Positions 42,441 through 51,252 of a DNA stretch of 64,000 nt are shown here, one piece after another. A program made the position numbers and the translations under genes. Below the pieces are notes generated by a model, which saw only the letters and a program-made list of their open reading frames with translations, searched no databases and was not told the DNA's origin. The DNA lies in contig JAQBQE010000008.1 of assembly GCA_028287135.1 (NCBI GenBank), positions 3,155-67,154 of the forward strand, given 5' to 3'. This stretch comes from Myxococcales bacterium. Its GTDB lineage: Bacteria; Myxococcota_A; Polyangia; Haliangiales; Haliangiaceae. Within the stretch, counting starts at the first letter, position 1, and every line of letters begins with the position of its first letter.

Positions 42441-43226
42441 ATGACCAGGCTCGCTCTCGCCCTGCTGATCGGCTGCTCCGGCCCCGCGGCCCCGACCCCC
42501 GTCGCGCCACGCGAGCTTCCGGCCGCCAGCACCGCTTGCTATTCCGGTGTCGCGACGGGCATGGGCCAGACCGCGCGGACCCTCGCGCGCAGGACGGTCG
42601 ACCCCGCGGCCGGCACGATCACCGAGGAGGTCAGTACCGACGACGGCGGTGCCCACGGGGCGAAGACGTTTCACGTCGTGATGAAGGTCGAGGGCGATCA
42701 GTTCACGATGACCGAGCGCGACGGCGCGTTCACCGGCACCGGGACGCTCGCGGGCGAGCCATGGCGGTGGACATCGTGGACCTCGACCTCGGTGATCCCG
42801 AACACCGGGATCACGGTCGAGTCCGAGGACGAGCTGACACCGACCGGGATGACCGCGGCCAAGGAGATCCGGAAGGACGGCAAGGTCCTCGCGAAGACCT
42901 CCGAGCAGCTCAAGAGCTTTGATTGCGCGGACTGGACCACGGCCCAGGCGGCGCTCGCGGTCCCGGTCCTCGACGCCGCCGCGTGTGAACGCGCTTGCCG
43001 CAACTTCGGTACGGTGAAGTACTGGGCGCGGGCCGACGCCGAGATCGCGGCGTTGCCCCCGGGCGAGCAGGCGGCCGCACGGACCGGGAAGCAGGCGGAG
43101 CTCACGACCCAGCTCGAAGCCGGCGTGGGCGCGTGCACCACGCAGTGCATCTCAGCAAACAACGCACCGCAGACCGCCTGCATGGGGGCTGCAAAGACGA
43201 TGGACGAGCTCACGGCCTGCGAGTGA
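42441..43226 (+). CDS. lipoprotein, hypothetical
   Basis: MTRLALALLIGC lipobox. C-terminal Cys-rich helical segment. Confidence 0.65.
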   Translation: MTRLALALLIGCSGPAAPTPVAPRELPAASTACYSGVATGMGQTARTLARRTVDPAAGTITEEVSTDDGGAHGAKTFHVVMKVEGDQFTMTERDGAFTGTGTLAGEPWRWTSWTSTSVIPNTGITVESEDELTPTGMTAAKEIRKDGKVLAKTSEQLKSFDCADWTTAQAALAVPVLDAAACERACRNFGTVKYWARADAEIAALPPGEQAAARTGKQAELTTQLEAGVGACTTQCISANNAPQTACMGAAKTMDELTACE

Positions 43227-43283
43227 TGCAACTCCGCGCCTCAGCGACGACGCGCGGCGACCGCTCGCGCTAGCATCTGTCCC

Positions 43284-45614
43284 GTGGAATCGGTCCAGGT
43301 CCAGATTGCCCTGCTCGCGATCGCGAAGGACCCACCGCGCGCGGATCGGACGAACCTCGAGACCGCGGTGGCCCGCTCGACCGCCGCCGGTCACAAGATC
43401 ATGGCGCAGCAGGTCGTCACCGACTTCGCGCCCGGGATCCGCGAGCAGCTGCGCCGATGGATCGAGGATCCGCAGATCGACGTGGTGATCGTGCTCGGTG
43501 GCGCCGAGAGCGATGCGGCGTCGGTGGCCATGAAGCCATTCGTCACCGAAGTCCTGCCCGGGTTCACCGACCTGTTCCGCTGGCTGATGTTCCAGGAGAG
43601 CGGCGCGTCGGCGATGTTGAGCAGCGCCGAGGCAGCGCGGTGCGACGGCACGTTCGTGTTCATCCTGCCCGGCGCGATCGGTCCGGCGATGGACAACTTG
43701 ATCCTGCCGCAGTTCAACCCGAACACGGTTCCGCGAAATCTCGTCAGGGAACTGCCACGCCTCCAGGCGGTGCCCGAGCCCGTCACCATGGAGAAGACGC
43801 AAGGCGGCTCCGGCCTGCCCCATCGTCTGCCCGCGGTCCCCGCACCTCGCCATCGCCAGGGCACCGGCGCGAACGTGATCGTGCGATCGCGACCGACCGA
43901 CGATCCGCCGACGCGGCCGATCGATCTCGCGCGCCTCGAGGAACAGATCGCGATGAGCGGACCGGGGCCGCAGTCCGACGACGAGACGCGGCAGACCAAA
44001 CTGTCGAAGCTCGACAGGGCGGATCGGGCATCGACCGATGCGATCGCTGCGCCACCGGCGCCCGCAGGTCCGCGCCGGAACCGCGCGACCACGAACAGTC
44101 CGATCGTCCCGCCGAAGACGATCGCTCCGCGCAAGCAGGATCTGACGACGCCACCGTCGCGTGCGCGGCCACCGACCGCACCCGCCCCGATCGCTCGCGC
44201 TGCCCCGACCGAGCCGACCGACCGACCGAAGAGCGCGTCGTGGCCGCACGAGGGCACCGCGCAGGGCCACGTACCGAGCGGACCGACGGCCGCGGCCCCC
44301 GAGGCGCCGGCGGCCCGTGCGCGCAGTGGATCCTGGGGCTCCGCGGCGATCAGCCAGGCCGCGCAGCAGCCGGCTCCCGTTCCAGCGTCGCCCTCGAGCG
44401 AGACGGCCAGGCCGCGCACCACCGCGCGGACGTCGGATGCGCCTGCCACGTGGGCGCACGAGGGAACCGCGCAGGGTCACGCCCCGAGCGCGCCGCGGCC
44501 ACCGGGATCGGCATCGACGCCTCCGGCGACGGTGCCGGCAACCGCCGCGAGCTCGACGGCCGCGTCGTCGACAGAAGCCGCGACGATCACGACCGACGCC
44601 GCGAACAGCGATGCCGTCGTCTCCGGTGCCGCCTCGACGGAGGCGATCGCATCGGCGGACACGGAACCCGCTCTCGCCAGGGAGCCAGCGCGAGCGAAGG
44701 CGACGAGCGTTGCCCCCGCTGCTCCGCGCAAGCGCGAACCCACGCCGCCTCCGCCACCTCCGGCGCGTGCGCGTCCGCCGACCGCACCGCCTCCTCCGCC
44801 GCGTGCAGCGGCCTCCGTGCCGAGCGCCTCGACCTCGGGGCGCAACATGTTCGCGTACCCGGTGCAGAAGCGCCGGGTCAGCCCGCTGCTCCTGCTGATC
44901 CTCGGGCTCGCGGGCTCGGTCGGCGCGTTCTTCCTCGTCGTTCACTTCCTCGGGACCGATGCGCCGAGCTCGCCGACGCAGACCGCCCAGGTCACCGAGC
45001 CGGTTCCGCCGCCGGTGATCGAGCCGACCGGTTCGGCGACGCCGGCCGGAGCGAACGCGTTCATCCCGGTTCCCGACATCGACATGGAACCGGTCTCGAT
45101 GCGGCCGCCGCCACCGCGCCCGACTCCGACGACGACCCCGACCACATCGCCGACGACCTCGCCGACCACGTCGCCCGTCACGTCCCCGAGCGCGTCCGAT
45201 CCGACGACCACCGATGCGACCACCGCGCCTGCGACGCCCGCGGTCGACGGCGATTGCGACGAGACCGGGTGCGTGCTCTCGAAGTACGACCGACCGTGCT
45301 GCTTGAAGTACAAGCCCGCGGAGTCCGACCTCAAGCCGCGCATCGATGGCGTGCCCGTCGAGCTCGATCGACCGATGGTCCGGTCAGGCGTCGATACCAT
45401 CAAGCCGCGCGTCGTGAAGTGCGGCGAGACGGCAGGCGTCAAGGGCACGGTCAAGATCGCCGTGACCGTGGCGCCCGAAGGCGATGTCACCGAGGCCGCC
45501 GTCCGCGAGACTCCCGACGAGGGACTTGGCAGCTGCGTCGCGGGCGCGATGCGCTCTGCGAAGTTCGGTAAGAGTGTGAACGGAGGCTCGTTCACCTATC
45601 CATTCGTGTTCTAG
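43284..45614 (+). CDS. MoaB/MogA-like N-terminal domain - Pro/Ala-rich linker - TM - Pro/Thr linker - TonB-C/AgmX-PglI-like C-terminal domain protein
   Basis: N-terminus IDVVIVLGGAESD...LPGFTDLFRWLMFQESGASAMLS...FVFILPGAIGPAMDNLILPQF parallels MoaB blocks. TM LLLLILGLAGSVGAFFLVV. C-terminus CDETGCVLSKYDRPCCLKYKP...GTVKIAVTVAPEGDVTEAAV...NGGSFTYPFVF. Confidence 0.75.
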   Translation: MESVQVQIALLAIAKDPPRADRTNLETAVARSTAAGHKIMAQQVVTDFAPGIREQLRRWIEDPQIDVVIVLGGAESDAASVAMKPFVTEVLPGFTDLFRWLMFQESGASAMLSSAEAARCDGTFVFILPGAIGPAMDNLILPQFNPNTVPRNLVRELPRLQAVPEPVTMEKTQGGSGLPHRLPAVPAPRHRQGTGANVIVRSRPTDDPPTRPIDLARLEEQIAMSGPGPQSDDETRQTKLSKLDRADRASTDAIAAPPAPAGPRRNRATTNSPIVPPKTIAPRKQDLTTPPSRARPPTAPAPIARAAPTEPTDRPKSASWPHEGTAQGHVPSGPTAAAPEAPAARARSGSWGSAAISQAAQQPAPVPASPSSETARPRTTARTSDAPATWAHEGTAQGHAPSAPRPPGSASTPPATVPATAASSTAASSTEAATITTDAANSDAVVSGAASTEAIASADTEPALAREPARAKATSVAPAAPRKREPTPPPPPPARARPPTAPPPPPRAAASVPSASTSGRNMFAYPVQKRRVSPLLLLILGLAGSVGAFFLVVHFLGTDAPSSPTQTAQVTEPVPPPVIEPTGSATPAGANAFIPVPDIDMEPVSMRPPPPRPTPTTTPTTSPTTSPTTSPVTSPSASDPTTTDATTAPATPAVDGDCDETGCVLSKYDRPCCLKYKPAESDLKPRIDGVPVELDRPMVRSGVDTIKPRVVKCGETAGVKGTVKIAVTVAPEGDVTEAAVRETPDEGLGSCVAGAMRSAKFGKSVNGGSFTYPFVF

Positions 45615-46195
45615 AGCAGGACGGCGCACTGGATGCCGCGCACGGCGACCCCCGTGTAGCCGGCGAGGTCGTAGCGCTCGAGCAGCTCGGCCACCACGCG
45701 GACCGCCGGCTCGGCCTCGCTCCATGCGTGCACGCCGATCGACATGTTCCACGCCGCGTAGTCGCCCTTGATCTCTCCGCACGGCCCGAGACCCTGACCT
45801 ACGATCTCGATGTTGCGCTTGCGAAGCTCGGCCGTCGCCGCGGTGAGCAGCGTGCCCGCATCGATCACCGGGCATGAGCCGTCCTTCGGATCGGCAGGCA
45901 GCCTGGTGCAGCCCTCGCGAAAGCCACCACTACCCTCACGACCGGTACCGAGCTTGCGGGAGCCCACGGCTCGTTCGACCCGCAGGTACGCTTCACCGCG
46001 CTCGCACAGCAGCGGTGCCGCGACGGTGATCCCCACGAGATCCATCGGCGCCGCATAGTCGGCCTGGCTCCCGGTCGGTCGCTCCGATGGACATGCCGGG
46101 CCCTCCGGCGCGGATGGACGCGAGGCACCTGCGGGTGGAGCACCACCGCACGCCGCGAAGATCAGGAGCGCGCACACATGGCGTGGAGAGGTCAC
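45611..46195 (-). CDS. lipoprotein, hypothetical
   Basis: MTSPRHVCALLIFAAC lipobox. 8 Cys in the mature part. Confidence 0.6.
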   Translation of the reverse strand: MTSPRHVCALLIFAACGGAPPAGASRPSAPEGPACPSERPTGSQADYAAPMDLVGITVAAPLLCERGEAYLRVERAVGSRKLGTGREGSGGFREGCTRLPADPKDGSCPVIDAGTLLTAATAELRKRNIEIVGQGLGPCGEIKGDYAAWNMSIGVHAWSEAEPAVRVVAELLERYDLAGYTGVAVRGIQCAVLL

Positions 46196-46243
46196 ACGCC
46201 GAGACTACGCCAGGACGCGAAACGCGTGCGCTATCATCCACGC

Positions 46244-47281
46244 ATGGGTCGCGTGTGCTTTCTCCTGATCATGCTTGTCGCGGGAGCAGTGGCGGCGCAG
46301 CCCGTCAGCTACCAGCTCAAGGGACAGGTCCCGGTGGGCCAGAAGCCGATGCTCGAGGTCCGCGCCGCTCGCAAGGTCACCGACCTCCGGATCGAGCTCG
46401 ATCGCGACGATGGCAAGCACTTCTCGATCAAGCACGCCGGGCTCGCGAAGGATCAGGCCGTCAAGCTCCCGCTCGGCGACGGAGCTGCTGGCAAGGCCAC
46501 CTACAAGGGCACGCTCTCGGTCCAGATCGCCGGTGAAGGCGCGTGGAGCGGCGAGCTCGAGCTCGCGACGTTCATCAACGCGCCGATGAAGGTGACCTAC
46601 GACGCCGATCACCTCGATCTCGACAAGCGCGTGCTCCAGTTCAAGCTGTCGCGTCCTGCCGGCAGCGCGGCGCTCGTCGTGATCGGCGATGATGGCAAGG
46701 AGCTCGCGAACGCATCGGCGACCTACCACCAGGACGCCGCCGATAGCTGGCTCTCGATCTCGTGGACCCAGCCGGCGAAGACGCGCGTGATGATGCTGAA
46801 GCTCCGCGCGGTCTCCGCCGACGGCATCGCCACCAACGTCGAGCTGATTCCGTGGTCGGTCGCGATCGACCACGAGGACGTCAACTTCGGCGTCGACAGC
46901 GCGGTGATCGAGGCCGGCGAGAGCTCGAAGCTCGACGCCAGCGTCACCAGGATCGCCGAGGTCGTGAAGACCTCGGAGCGGTTCATGAAGATGAAGCTCT
47001 ACGTGGCCGGCCACACCGACACGGTCGGAACGACCGCGAAGAACCGCAAGCTCTCACTCGATCGGGCACGCGCGATCGCGAGCTACCTGCGCGAGAAGGG
47101 CGTGACGATTCCGATCGCGTTCGCCGGCTTCGGGGAAGAGGTGCTCAAGGTCAAGACGGCGGACTCGACCGACGAGCGCGCGAACCGGCGCGCGGATTAC
47201 GTGATCGGACCCGCCGCTGGCGCGCCGCCGTTCAAGGGTCCCTACACGAAGGTTCGCGCGGACTGGAAGCAGCTCAAGTAG
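46244..47281 (+). CDS. OmpA-family (peptidoglycan-binding) protein with N-terminal Ig-like repeats
   Basis: Signal peptide MGRVCFLLIMLVAGAVAAQ. C-terminal OmpA-like domain FGVDSAVIE...LYVAGHTDTVGTTAKNRKLSLDRARAIASYL...NRRADYVI. Confidence 0.8.
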   Translation: MGRVCFLLIMLVAGAVAAQPVSYQLKGQVPVGQKPMLEVRAARKVTDLRIELDRDDGKHFSIKHAGLAKDQAVKLPLGDGAAGKATYKGTLSVQIAGEGAWSGELELATFINAPMKVTYDADHLDLDKRVLQFKLSRPAGSAALVVIGDDGKELANASATYHQDAADSWLSISWTQPAKTRVMMLKLRAVSADGIATNVELIPWSVAIDHEDVNFGVDSAVIEAGESSKLDASVTRIAEVVKTSERFMKMKLYVAGHTDTVGTTAKNRKLSLDRARAIASYLREKGVTIPIAFAGFGEEVLKVKTADSTDERANRRADYVIGPAAGAPPFKGPYTKVRADWKQLK

Positions 47282-48410
47282 CGGGGTGCAGCACGCAGCC
47301 GCCGATCACCTCGCCGCTCCACTTCGTCCGCATCGCCGTCTTGAACTCCGCGAGCGGGAACACGTGCGAGACGTGCGGGCGGATCTGCCCGGCTTCGGCC
47401 CACGCGAGGATCTGAGCGAGCCGCGGCGCGCGCAGCGACGGATCGTTGACGGTCGAGATCACGGTCGGGCAGCCGAGGACGTCGAGGCCCTTCATCATGA
47501 TCAGGTTGGTCGGGAGCTGGTTCGCGTTGGGAGCACCGCGCTGACCCTTGCCCTTGGCGACGAACGGCGTCGCGGCCCAGCCGACGATCAGGTACCGCGC
47601 ACCGAACCGCACGCAGCGCAGGCTCTCGACCGAGAGCTCGCCGCCGACGCCGTCGTAGACCACGTCGACGCCGGTGCCGCCGGTGATCGCCTTCACCGCG
47701 TCGCGCATCGAGTCGCCGCCCGCGATCACGTGGTCCGCACCTTGCGCCTTGACCACCGCGAGCTTCTCCGCCGAGCGCCCCGTCGCGATCACCGTTGCAC
47801 CGACGAGCTTGGCGACGTGAACGGCGGCAAGCCCGGTCGAGCCCGACGCGCCATGGACGAGTACGGTCTCGCCGGCGCGCAGGCGACCGCGCGTGATCAG
47901 GCAGTGATACGCGGTCTCGTAGTTGCCGAGCAGGTTGCACGCCTGATCGAACGTCAGCGCTCCCGGGATCCGGTGCACCGCCTCGATCGGCGCGACGGCG
48001 TACGACGCGAAGCCGCCGTACGCCTGATAGGCGCCCAGCGATCGAGGCCCCGAGAGGAAGGCATCGACCAGCACGCGCTCGCCGATCGGGAGGTTGGCAT
48101 CGGGACCGGCCCACACGACCGTCCCCGCGTACTCGAGCCCCGGCGTGTACGGAGGCTTTGGCATGTGCTGGTACTGGCCACTCGTCATCAGCAGATCGAC
48201 CCAGCCGACCGAGGCACTCGCGATCGCGATGATCACGTCGCGCGCCGACAGCGTCTGCGAATCGGGCGCCGCCATCGTCTCGAGCGTCGCGTGTCGCTCG
48301 ATCGCCTCGAGCGGCTCCTCCCCGAGCTCCGAGACGACCACCCTGTGACCTTGCGCCAGCATCCCGCGCTGATACCACGCGTGCGTCGCTGCCTGCGGCG
48401 AGTGAGCCAT
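47274..48410 (-). CDS. NADPH:quinone oxidoreductase / zinc-type alcohol dehydrogenase-like (MDR) protein
   Basis: PYTPGLEYAGTVV, GETVLVHGASGSTGLAAV Rossmann motif, MDR C-terminal blocks. Start MAHSP (48410) or MLAQG. Confidence 0.85.
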   Translation of the reverse strand: MAHSPQAATHAWYQRGMLAQGHRVVVSELGEEPLEAIERHATLETMAAPDSQTLSARDVIIAIASASVGWVDLLMTSGQYQHMPKPPYTPGLEYAGTVVWAGPDANLPIGERVLVDAFLSGPRSLGAYQAYGGFASYAVAPIEAVHRIPGALTFDQACNLLGNYETAYHCLITRGRLRAGETVLVHGASGSTGLAAVHVAKLVGATVIATGRSAEKLAVVKAQGADHVIAGGDSMRDAVKAITGGTGVDVVYDGVGGELSVESLRCVRFGARYLIVGWAATPFVAKGKGQRGAPNANQLPTNLIMMKGLDVLGCPTVISTVNDPSLRAPRLAQILAWAEAGQIRPHVSHVFPLAEFKTAMRTKWSGEVIGGCVLHPAT

Positions 48411-48469
48411 TCGGACCCTGACCGATCGGGCGAGTCGCTGGCGGCAGGGGCCGCGCTTAGCTTGACGCA

Positions 48470-49243
48470 ATGCTCCGCTGGCTTCGCGATCGCCGTCGTT
48501 CTCGTGTCCTCGCCGAACCGTTCCCCGCGGAATGGGACGAGATCCTCGATTGCAACGTCGCGATCGTGGGGCGCCTCACACCGGCGGACCGCGCGCGTCT
48601 GCGCGAGCTCGTGCAGGTGTTCATCGCCGAGAAGCACTGGGAAGGATGCGGTGGACTCGAGCTCACCGAGGAGATCCAGGTCACGATCGCCGCGCAGGCG
48701 TGCCTCCTCCTGCTGCGGCGCGAAGAGACGCTGTACTCGGATGTCGCGTCGATCCTGGTCTACCCGTCCGTGATGATCTTGCCGCCGCGCCGGCTCGGCA
48801 CGTTCGAGCAACCGCGCTCACCGATCGCGGAGGGCCACATGATCCTCGGCGAGGCAATGCTCGGAGGTCCAGTGATCCTCGCGTGGGACAGCGTGCTCGC
48901 CGGCGGCCGCGAGGAGGTCGCCGGCAACGTCGTGTTCCACGAGCTCGCGCACAAGATCGACATGGCGAACGGCTCGATCGACGGGACTCCACCGCTATCG
49001 CGTCGCGATCGCCGCCGGTGGGGGCAGGTGCTGACGGCGGCCTACCACGAGCTCCAGGCACGGCTGCGCTACGGGATCCCGAGCGTCATCGATCCGTACG
49101 GCGCCACCAACGAAGCGGAGTTCTTCGCGGTCGCGACCGAGACGCTGTTCACGCGCCCGGCGGAGCTCGCGGCGGAGAATCCGTCGCTGTACGCCGTGCT
49201 CGCGGCGTTCTACTGGCCCGAAAAAAAAGAAAGCCAGCACTAG
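48470..49243 (+). CDS. mtfA: MtfA-like M90 zinc metallopeptidase
   Basis: FPAEWDEIL, FIAEKHWEGCGGLELTEE, zinc motif VVFHELAHKID, YGATNEAEFFAVATETLF. Confidence 0.85.
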   Translation: MLRWLRDRRRSRVLAEPFPAEWDEILDCNVAIVGRLTPADRARLRELVQVFIAEKHWEGCGGLELTEEIQVTIAAQACLLLLRREETLYSDVASILVYPSVMILPPRRLGTFEQPRSPIAEGHMILGEAMLGGPVILAWDSVLAGGREEVAGNVVFHELAHKIDMANGSIDGTPPLSRRDRRRWGQVLTAAYHELQARLRYGIPSVIDPYGATNEAEFFAVATETLFTRPAELAAENPSLYAVLAAFYWPEKKESQH

Positions 49244-49250
49244 GCTGGCT
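49221..49250 (-). terminator. intrinsic terminator of the cold-shock gene
   Basis: The reverse strand reads AGCCAGC-CTAGT-GCTGGCT followed by TTCTTTTTTTT. Stem 49232-49238/49244-49250. The mtfA stop codon lies in the loop. Confidence 0.6.
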
Positions 49251-49272
49251 CCCTTTCGATCAGAGTCGCTGC

Positions 49273-49470
49273 TTAGAGAACGCGAACGTTCTCAGCGCGC
49301 GGGCCCTTCGGGCCGCGACCCTCGTTGTACGACACCTTCTGGCCCTCACGGAGCTCCTCGAAGCGCGCGCCCTCGACGGCCGACATGTGGAAGAACATGT
49401 CCGTTCCCGAACCGTTCTCGATGAAACCAAAACCCTTGTCGGTCAGACGCTTGATAGTACCTTCAGACAT
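49273..49470 (-). CDS. cspA: cold-shock protein (CspA family)
   Basis: GTIKRLTDKGFGFIENGSGTDMFFHMSAV carries the RNP1/RNP2 motifs. 65 aa. RBS AGGAG upstream. Confidence 0.95.
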   Translation of the reverse strand: MSEGTIKRLTDKGFGFIENGSGTDMFFHMSAVEGARFEELREGQKVSYNEGRGPKGPRAENVRVL

Positions 49471-49548
49471 CGTCGCACTCCTCAGAGAAGCAATACCTCC
49501 ACACGGGTGGCCAAGACGGCCCGATCAGATCGTGTGAAGCGAGCCGTT

Positions 49549-49576
49549 ATTTGACCCGGTTTTTGGCGGGTGTCGA
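49549..49576 (-). promoter_or_regulatory. candidate sigma-70-type promoter of the cold-shock gene
   Basis: The reverse strand has TCGACA (49571-49576), a 16-nt spacer, then TCAAAT (49549-49554), about 75 nt upstream of the csp ATG. Judged by eye only. Confidence 0.3.
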
Positions 49577-49691
49577 GAGCTAAGTCACGCGGCTCGTACG
49601 ATCGATGCTCGGAAGCCCTCCACGGCCATTTGGAGGCCGATCGTCTCGAAAATTGCCGCCCGCTCCAACGTGTCCGATCATCGCTGCGGGG

Positions 49692-50447
49692 ATGAGAGAA
49701 CGTCAGTCGAACGAGCCAGCCAGCCCGGGAGTGGGTGGTGCGTACGCGTGTCTCGCGCTGGCCGCGGTGGTCGGCTGTGGCAAATCGACCTCGCCCGAGG
49801 ACCGCCCGCCTGCCGCCGTGGTCGATGCAGCGAGCTCGCCGCGATGGCTCGAATGTACGGAGTCCCTGCGCGCCCCGATGGAGGCCACGCTGCTCGAGCG
49901 CTACCGCCTGACCCGGGACGATGAGCGGATCGACGGCCTGCGTTGCGTGACGATCCAGGTCGCGCATCAGCCCGCGTTCTTTGTCGAGCTGATCGGATCG
50001 GAAGGCGAGCGCCACCGGCGGCTGCTCGGCGTGGTGGCGACGAATGGAACGACCGAGCTGGTCGGCCTGCGCGACGCGAAGCTCGAGTGGGCGCAGCTGC
50101 GGGGCGGCAAGGTCTCGTTCGAGACGGTCGATCTCGACGGCGACCGCTCGGACGAGGTCGTCGTCCACTTCGACGATCGACGGCAGGACGCGGCGTCGTG
50201 GATCGATGTGATCGTGATCCGCGGTCGCGGCCTCACCGAGATCCGCGGACCGCGGATCTCCTACGACGATCCGGATCTCGACGATGACCGGTGCGCGGGG
50301 GTACTGACCACCCGGCGGGTCGGTGCGGCCACGCACCTCGTGGTGACGACGCAGACCTCGACCGGCAAGAGCGAGCACTGCCTCGCGCAGGGCACGCACG
50401 TGTTCGCGCTCGATGCCGACCGTCTGGTCGAGAGCGCGACCGACTAG
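49692..50447 (+). CDS. lipoprotein, hypothetical (FG-GAP/VCBS-like acidic segment)
   Basis: MRERQSNEPASPGVGGAYACLALAAVVGC lipobox. VDLDGDRSDEVVVHFDD. Confidence 0.6.
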   Translation: MRERQSNEPASPGVGGAYACLALAAVVGCGKSTSPEDRPPAAVVDAASSPRWLECTESLRAPMEATLLERYRLTRDDERIDGLRCVTIQVAHQPAFFVELIGSEGERHRRLLGVVATNGTTELVGLRDAKLEWAQLRGGKVSFETVDLDGDRSDEVVVHFDDRRQDAASWIDVIVIRGRGLTEIRGPRISYDDPDLDDDRCAGVLTTRRVGAATHLVVTTQTSTGKSEHCLAQGTHVFALDADRLVESATD

Positions 50448-50957
50448 TCAGCGAGTGGACCTGGCGACCAGGGCCGGCCAGTTGCGGTTGGCGAGCGCGA
50501 GGTTACCCGCGGCATCCTGGTCGAACCGCTCGCGGAGCTCCGCGTTCGTGAACAGCAGGAGCTTGCCGTCCTGCAGCTTCCACTGATCGGGCTGGACGTC
50601 GGACAGCCGGTTCTGCGTCACCGCGTAGGCGCAGTAGCCGCCGAACCGAGGCACGAAGCGCTCGGGATCGGCATCGAACGTCGCCTTGTGCTCCGCGGTG
50701 GAAAACCAGTAGGTCGCGCCGCCGTGACGGGACGCGTGTGCGTCAGAGCCGGGCGTGACGGCGCTATCGACGACGTACGCGACGGGATCGTGACCGTGGA
50801 GCGCGACGCCGGCATCATCGACGTTGACGAGGACGCCATCGGCAGCGGGTTGCGCCGGCGTGGTCGGTGTCGATGGCGACGGTGAGGATCCGCCGCACGC
50901 GGTGACGGCGAGCGCGACGCTGGAGACCAGGGCGAGCAGGTTGAGCGAGACAGTCAT
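50448..50957 (-). CDS. YHS-domain lipoprotein
   Basis: Lipobox LAVTAC. VALHGHDPVAYV...GGATYWFSTAEHKATFDADPERFVPRFGGYCAYAV...DGKLLLF. Confidence 0.8.
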   Translation of the reverse strand: MTVSLNLLALVSSVALAVTACGGSSPSPSTPTTPAQPAADGVLVNVDDAGVALHGHDPVAYVVDSAVTPGSDAHASRHGGATYWFSTAEHKATFDADPERFVPRFGGYCAYAVTQNRLSDVQPDQWKLQDGKLLLFTNAELRERFDQDAAGNLALANRNWPALVARSTR

Positions 50958-51016
50958 CGTGAACGCGATGGTACCCACGACGGCTGCGGATCGCGAATCA
51001 CTGTAAGGTCCCGCCC

Positions 51017-51247
51017 ATGGCCAAGAAGAAAGAGTCCGCATCCGCCGTCTACCGCGTCACCGAGATCATCGGCACCAGCACGACCTCGTGGGAGGACGCT
51101 GCTCGCAATGCCGTCGAGACCGCAGCGAAGAGCCTGCGCGACCTCCGGATCGCCGAGGTCTCGAAGCTCGACATGAAGGTCGAGGACGGCAAGGTCGTCG
51201 CGTACCGCGCGCGCGTGTCGCTGTCGTTCAAGTACGACGCGGAGTAA
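51017..51247 (+). CDS. dodecin family flavin-binding protein
   Basis: VYRVTEIIGTSTTSWEDAARNAVETAAKSLRDLRIAEVSKLDMKVEDGKVVAYRARVSLSFKY. Confidence 0.85.
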   Translation: MAKKKESASAVYRVTEIIGTSTTSWEDAARNAVETAAKSLRDLRIAEVSKLDMKVEDGKVVAYRARVSLSFKYDAE

Positions 51248-51252
51248 CTGCG

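Noticed and set aside
43152-44945. 597-aa reverse-strand ORF and 704-aa alternative + frame (43457..45571) over the MoaB/TonB-like gene
   Set aside because: The translations are extremely Arg-rich and low in complexity, which is typical of off-frame reading of Pro/Ala-rich GC DNA. The chosen frame alone has domain-like ends and a TM segment.
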